DNA from: Balneolaceae bacterium
GTDB lineage: Bacteria > Bacteroidota > Rhodothermia > Balneolales > Natronogracilivirgulaceae
Direction: 5' to 3'
DNA: 59,287 bases
Assembly: GCA_007693825.1 (NCBI GenBank)
Contig: RECX01000230.1
Coordinates: 1 to 59,287 of the forward strand
This document shows, piece by piece, positions 55,149 through 59,287 of this stretch (positions are counted from its first letter, which is position 1; the number at the start of each line of letters is the position of its first letter). Made by a program: the position numbers and the translations under genes. The notes beneath the pieces were generated by a model. It made no database searches. It worked only from the letters and a program-made list of their open reading frames with translations, and was not told the DNA's origin.

Positions 55149-55373
55149 AACTGCTCGTTGATTTGAGGGTTTTTATTTTGAATCGTCCATGATGCCGATA
55201 CTCGCTAATGGCAACGGACATGTGTACAACTATATCAGACCGTATTCTTGTGTAAGGTAACTATTTTTTTCACTCTCTTAAACAGTCAAAACCCGGAAAG
55301 CGTTGCCGGGGGAAGCCAGTTCGTACAGAAAAGCACTTTTTTTCAAAATGCTCCGGCAGATTGTCTGTTTTGA

Positions 55374-55402
55374 TTGACATTAGCCCATATCGGAAGTAAT
55401 TT
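55374..55402 (+). promoter_or_regulatory. Candidate sigma70-type promoter upstream of nuoA (TTGACA-17 nt-TAATTT)
   Basis: TTGACA at 55374-55379 and TAATTT at 55397-55402. This is a sequence match only, and FCB-group sigma factors may use other consensus sequences. Confidence 0.3.
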
Positions 55403-55445
55403 TAGTGCCGAAATTCAGCCATTTACTTATCCTTGCAAAGGAATA

Positions 55446-55856
55446 ATGCTCGAACAATACATACCTGTTCTCCTGCTCATCGCCCTGGCGGTAGTTACAG
55501 CCATGGCGTTCATCGTCTTGTCCCGCCTGCTGGGTCCGCGAAGGCCCGCCTCGAACAAGCTGGGCGCGTATGAAAGCGGGATGGATCCCATCGGTCAGGC
55601 GCGCGACCGCTATTCCGTCAGTTTTTACATCATCGCCATGGAGTTCATTGTTTTCGACCTGGAAGTGATTTTCATCTATCCCTGGGCCGTACGTTATCAG
55701 GAATTCGGAGAGGGAACGTTTTGGGCAATGATGCTATTTATTTTCATACTTTTCCTTGGTCTTGTATACACATTGAAAAAGGGCAGTTTTGACTGGTCTG
55801 CCGAACCGCTGCAGGACCGGAAAAGCCTTGAACCGAACCTGACAGCTTCCGGCTGA
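55446..55856 (+). CDS. nuoA: NADH-quinone oxidoreductase subunit A
   Basis: MLEQYIPVLLL..., YESGMDP and FDLEVIFIYPWA motifs. Confidence 0.92.
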   Translation: MLEQYIPVLLLIALAVVTAMAFIVLSRLLGPRRPASNKLGAYESGMDPIGQARDRYSVSFYIIAMEFIVFDLEVIFIYPWAVRYQEFGEGTFWAMMLFIFILFLGLVYTLKKGSFDWSAEPLQDRKSLEPNLTASG

Positions 55857-55933
55857 CACAAAGGAGCATGATTGCATCCTTTCATGTGAGTTCATTCTGA
55901 CCATATGAATCGAAATGATTTAAACAGATGAAA
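55829..55933 (+). repeat. Dispersed repeat copy C5, spanning the nuoA 3' end and the nuoA-nuoB spacer
   Basis: tTGAACCGAACCTGACAGCTTCCGGCTGACACAAAGGAGCATGATTGCATCCTTTCATGTGAGTTCATTCTGACCATATGAATCGAAATGATTTAAACAGATGAAA. Confidence 0.8.
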
Positions 55934-55962
55934 AGAATTATCAAATCTCCTGGAACTGAATT

Positions 55963-56445
55963 ATGAGTCTAGACCGTGTGATGGGTGAAGGCTACTTCAC
56001 CACTACCGTCGATGCGCTGACCAAATGGGGCCGGGCGAATTCCGTATGGCCCATGCCCATGGGCCTGGCATGCTGCGCCATTGAAATGATGGCATTTGCG
56101 GGACCAAAGTATGATGCAGCGCGTTTCGGTTCCGAAGTATTCCGCTTCTCTCCCCGACAGAGCGACGTTATGATCGTGGCCGGCTGGTGTACCTACAAAA
56201 TGTCGCATGCCATTCGCCGGGTGTGGGACCAGATGCCCGATCCGAAATGGTGCATCGCCATGGGTGCCTGTGCATCAACCGGTGGAATGCACCGCTGCTA
56301 TGGCGTGGTGCAGGGAGTGGACAACTTCCTTCCCGTCGACTATTACATCTCCGGATGCCCGCCGCGTCCCGAATCCATTATCAATGCGATCCTGAAGATC
56401 CAGGACAAGATCAAGGAGCAGCAATCCTTAAAGCTTGACAGTTAG
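55963..56445 (+). CDS. nuoB: NADH-quinone oxidoreductase subunit B
   Basis: [10 protein letters not shown] and GCPPRPE iron-sulfur ligand motifs. Confidence 0.95.
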   Translation: MSLDRVMGEGYFTTTVDALTKWGRANSVWPMPMGLACCAIEMMAFAGPKYDAARFGSEVFRFSPRQSDVMIVAGWCTYKMSHAIRRVWDQMPDPKWCIAMGACASTGGMHRCYGVVQGVDNFLPVDYYISGCPPRPESIINAILKIQDKIKEQQSLKLDS

Positions 56446-56454
56446 GCGCCAAAC

Positions 56455-56958
56455 ATGAATATCGAAATCAGAGACAACCTTCTTCAGGATATCCGTGAAT
56501 TCATGGGTGAAGACCTGCTGGAAATGAATCTCGAATACATCCACCCCCTTCTCAGGATCAAACGGGATCGCCTGCATGACGCGTGCCGTTTCCTGAAAAA
56601 CACCCTGCATTTCATCTACCTGAATGAAATTATCGGGACGGACCGGTTCACATCGGAAGATCGGTTCGAGGTGATCTACCATCTGATATCACTCAGAAAC
56701 CGACAGCGGTTGTTTCTGAAAGTGCGTGTTGAAGAGGAAAACCCGGTTCTGCCAACGGTGACCGATATCTGGAAAAGTGCCAACTGGAACGAACGGGAGG
56801 TGTTCGATATGTTCGGCATCCGGTTTGAAGGACATCCCGACCTGCGCAGGATCTTTCTGCCCGAGGATTTCAAATACTATCCATTACGGAAGGAATTTCC
56901 GCTGCTGGGAGTGCCCGGCTCCCTCGAAATGCCCAATACGACCCCAGATCACGACTGA
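56455..56958 (+). CDS. nuoC: NADH-quinone oxidoreductase subunit C
   Basis: [25 protein letters not shown] motif. Confidence 0.94.
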   Translation: MNIEIRDNLLQDIREFMGEDLLEMNLEYIHPLLRIKRDRLHDACRFLKNTLHFIYLNEIIGTDRFTSEDRFEVIYHLISLRNRQRLFLKVRVEEENPVLPTVTDIWKSANWNEREVFDMFGIRFEGHPDLRRIFLPEDFKYYPLRKEFPLLGVPGSLEMPNTTPDHD

Positions 56959-56969
56959 CGCCACACCAT

Positions 56970-58265
56970 ATGTTCCAACCTGATTCAAATATATCGCGAA
57001 AGAAACCAACCTACTTCAGGGAACACCAGGAGGCACTGTACAAAAGCCTTGAAGACAAGCATGCAACGGTGGAAGTCGACCAGAGCGATCCGCTGGCTAC
57101 CCGCATGACCCTCAACATGGGCCCGCAGCATCCTGCAACGCACGGCGTGCTCCGTGTACTCATGGAACTGGACGGCGAAGTGATCACCAAATGCCGCCTC
57201 GATACCGGCTACCTGCATCGCGGTATCGAAAAAATGGCAGAGAATAAAACCTATCAGGAGTTCATGCCTTACACCGATCGCATGGACTACCTTTCCCCCT
57301 ACAGCAACAATGTCGCACTCTGTCTTGCTGTTGAAAAGATCGCAAACATGGAAATTCCTGATCGGGCAACTTATATCCGCATGATATGCTGTGAGTTGGC
57401 CCGTATCTCCTCACATCTTTTATGGCTGGGAACCATGATCATGGATGCCGGTGCGCTCTCGTTTTTTCTCTGGACTTTCCGGGAAAGGGAGAAACTCTAT
57501 GATATCTTCGACGAGGTGGCCGGACACCGGTTCACGGTCTCACATTCACGGATCGGCGGCGTGAACAACGACTTTACTCCGGTTGCCGAGGAGAAAATCC
57601 GCAAGTTTCTGCGGGAATTTCCGGATGAACTCAAAGGCTGGCACAAAATACTCGACCGCAACAGGATCTTTGTCGACAGGAACAATGGCGTTGGCGCCAT
57701 CGGACACGAAGAAGGTATTGCCATCGGGCTGGCCGGACCGTCGCTGAGGGCGACAGGTATCGCCTACGATATCCGCACCTTCGAACCGTACATGCTTTAC
57801 GACCAGATGGACTTCATGGTCCCGACCCGGACGGAAGGTGATAACCTGGCAAGATACTATTGCCGGATGGAGGAAATGGCTGAATCCGTCCGTATTATCG
57901 AGCAATGCTTCGAAAAAATGCCCAAAAAAGGACCGATCCGTGTGGATGATGCCAAGAAGAGCTATCCGTCCAAGGATGAAGTCTACTACTCCATGGAAGG
58001 ACTCATCCACGATTTCATGATGACCGATACCGGGATCTGCCCGCCTGCCGGCGCTGAATGCTATCATGCCATCGAAGCCCCCAAAGGAGAACTCGGTTTC
58101 TATATCCAAAGTGACGGAACAGGACATCCCTGGCGCCTTAAAATCAACTCCCCGTCCTTCAGCAATCTGCAGGGACTGGAAACCATTCTTGACGGTGAAA
58201 TGGTCGCCGATACGGTAGTCGTGATCGGTGGACTGGATCCGGTAATGGGAGACTCAGACAAGTAA
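56970..58265 (+). CDS. nuoD: NADH-quinone oxidoreductase subunit D
   Basis: LNMGPQHPATHGVLR, GYLHRGIEK and C-terminal DPVMGDSDK-type ending. Confidence 0.95.
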   Translation: MFQPDSNISRKKPTYFREHQEALYKSLEDKHATVEVDQSDPLATRMTLNMGPQHPATHGVLRVLMELDGEVITKCRLDTGYLHRGIEKMAENKTYQEFMPYTDRMDYLSPYSNNVALCLAVEKIANMEIPDRATYIRMICCELARISSHLLWLGTMIMDAGALSFFLWTFREREKLYDIFDEVAGHRFTVSHSRIGGVNNDFTPVAEEKIRKFLREFPDELKGWHKILDRNRIFVDRNNGVGAIGHEEGIAIGLAGPSLRATGIAYDIRTFEPYMLYDQMDFMVPTRTEGDNLARYYCRMEEMAESVRIIEQCFEKMPKKGPIRVDDAKKSYPSKDEVYYSMEGLIHDFMMTDTGICPPAGAECYHAIEAPKGELGFYIQSDGTGHPWRLKINSPSFSNLQGLETILDGEMVADTVVVIGGLDPVMGDSDK

Positions 58266-58267
58266 TT

Positions 58268-58807
58268 ATGGCTGAAACCTATACATTCAATGCCAAAGAT
58301 CTCAAAGAGATCGAAAAACTGACGGCAAAATATCCGGACAAGCAATCGGCCGTGCTGCCTGTACTCTGGTATGCACAGGACAAGTTCGGGCACACTGATC
58401 CGGCAGTGCAGCAGCTGGTATCCAAAACACTTGGCGTTCCTGAGGCTCATATTCGCGGAGTAGTCTCTTTCTATACCCAGTATTACGAAAAACCCATGGG
58501 TAAAAATGTGCTGGATGTATGTACCTGCCTGAGCTGCCAGGTATCCGGTGGATACGATATGCTCCATTATATTGAAGAGAAGCTTGGGATCAGGGCCGGA
58601 GAAACAACACCTGACGGTGAATTTTCCGTGCAGTCTGTTGAATGCCTCGGCGCCTGCGGTTACGCCCCCATGCTTCAGGTAACCAATGACAAATTTGTCA
58701 ACCACCTGACGCGTGAAAAAGTGGACAAACTGATAGAAGATCTGCGGGCCGGCAAACAGCCGGATTTCGAATCCAATCCCATGCCACAACACGAAAAAGG
58801 ATCCTGA
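58268..58807 (+). CDS. nuoE: NADH-quinone oxidoreductase subunit E ([2Fe-2S])
   Basis: Cys ligands in VCTCLSCQ and ECLGACGYAP. Confidence 0.93.
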   Translation: MAETYTFNAKDLKEIEKLTAKYPDKQSAVLPVLWYAQDKFGHTDPAVQQLVSKTLGVPEAHIRGVVSFYTQYYEKPMGKNVLDVCTCLSCQVSGGYDMLHYIEEKLGIRAGETTPDGEFSVQSVECLGACGYAPMLQVTNDKFVNHLTREKVDKLIEDLRAGKQPDFESNPMPQHEKGS

Positions 58808-58815
58808 AATCTGCA

Positions 58816-59287
58816 ATGAGCAACGACTGGAAATCATACCAACCCCTGCTGGTGCCCGCAATCCGGGATCTCCACGAAATATCCGTCTACGAAAAAAACA
58901 ACGGCTATCAGGCACTCAAAAAGATTCTGAAAGACCGGAAAAAATGGAGTCCGGCCAATGTCGTCAATGAAGTAAAGACGGCAAACATACGGGGTCGCGG
59001 CGGTGCCGGTTTCAATGCCGGCCTGAAATGGTCGTTCATGCCGGAACCCGACGGAAAACCCCGCTATCTGGCATGCAACGGGGACGAATCCGAGCCCGGA
59101 ACGTTCAAAGACCGCAAAATTTTCGAGTTCAACCCCCACCAGTTTATCGAAGGTGCGATCATCGCCGCCTATGCCATGCAGATTGACGTGATCTACGTCT
59201 ATATCCGCGGGGAATACCGTCCTTTCCTTCTGAAACTTCAGGATGCCATTGACCAGGCCTACGAAAAAGGATACCTGGGGGAAAAAA
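58816..59287 (+). CDS. nuoF: NADH-quinone oxidoreductase subunit F (5' part; runs off the window)
   Basis: ATG at 58816 translates to MSNDWKSYQPLL...IRGRGGAGFNAGLKWSFMP, open to the window end. It is absent from the ORF track because it is incomplete. Confidence 0.9.
   Translation, partial: MSNDWKSYQPLLVPAIRDLHEISVYEKNNGYQALKKILKDRKKWSPANVVNEVKTANIRGRGGAGFNAGLKWSFMPEPDGKPRYLACNGDESEPGTFKDRKIFEFNPHQFIEGAIIAAYAMQIDVIYVYIRGEYRPFLLKLQDAIDQAYEKGYLGEK

Overview
This 59.3 kb window looks like ordinary chromosomal core from an FCB-group bacterium (Bacteroidota, Balneolota or Rhodothermota-like). Supporting markers are PorV/PorQ-type outer-membrane proteins, a FlgD/T9SS-type C-terminal domain, a DUF2723 protein, BshC and HprK, at an intermediate GC content judged by eye (not computed). 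I see no transposase, phage, CRISPR or defence genes. Gene content in order: a UvrD-like helicase, der, an orphan nuoI, aminopeptidase N, a DUF2723 membrane protein, ybeY, smg, a GT2 glycosyltransferase, xerC/D, hpf, hprK, an M23 peptidase and cydABDC. Next comes an eight-gene trp operon on the minus strand (leader-trpE-trpS-trpG-trpD-trpC-trpF-trpB-trpA). It is followed by a four-gene cell-surface cluster, pssA-psd-rseP-dxr, pgeF-aroE, an OMP plus MMPL/RND exporter pair, tmk, a PspC-domain protein, MTHFS, bshC, a bifunctional nuclease, and nuoA-F (nuoF runs off the window). The most interesting signals are non-coding. (1) A structured repeat family of about 95-120 nt has six copies in the window. 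Every copy points the same way as the downstream gene and ends in ATGAAA at or just before a start codon. The 5' end is also ATGAA-like, an internal hairpin is kept through different sequences, and two copies reach into the 3' ends of trpB and nuoA. (2) A classical leader-peptide attenuator sits upstream of trpE (MSNRNTHIANWWWWPIC plus terminator and antiterminator), and trpS lies inside the operon it controls. (3) Mini-uORFs of 2-3 codons have stop codons overlapping the starts of trpC, trpB and trpA, and a 12-codon one does the same at nuoB. (4) Several tandem direct-repeat arrays lie in upstream regions: 11 x 18 bp upstream of the trp leader, 3 x ~26 bp upstream of cydA, 3 x 23 bp upstream of tmk, and 3 x CCCGGTCACA upstream of the MMPL gene. 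All coordinates were read by hand from the sequence and the supplied ORF track; no database search was possible.
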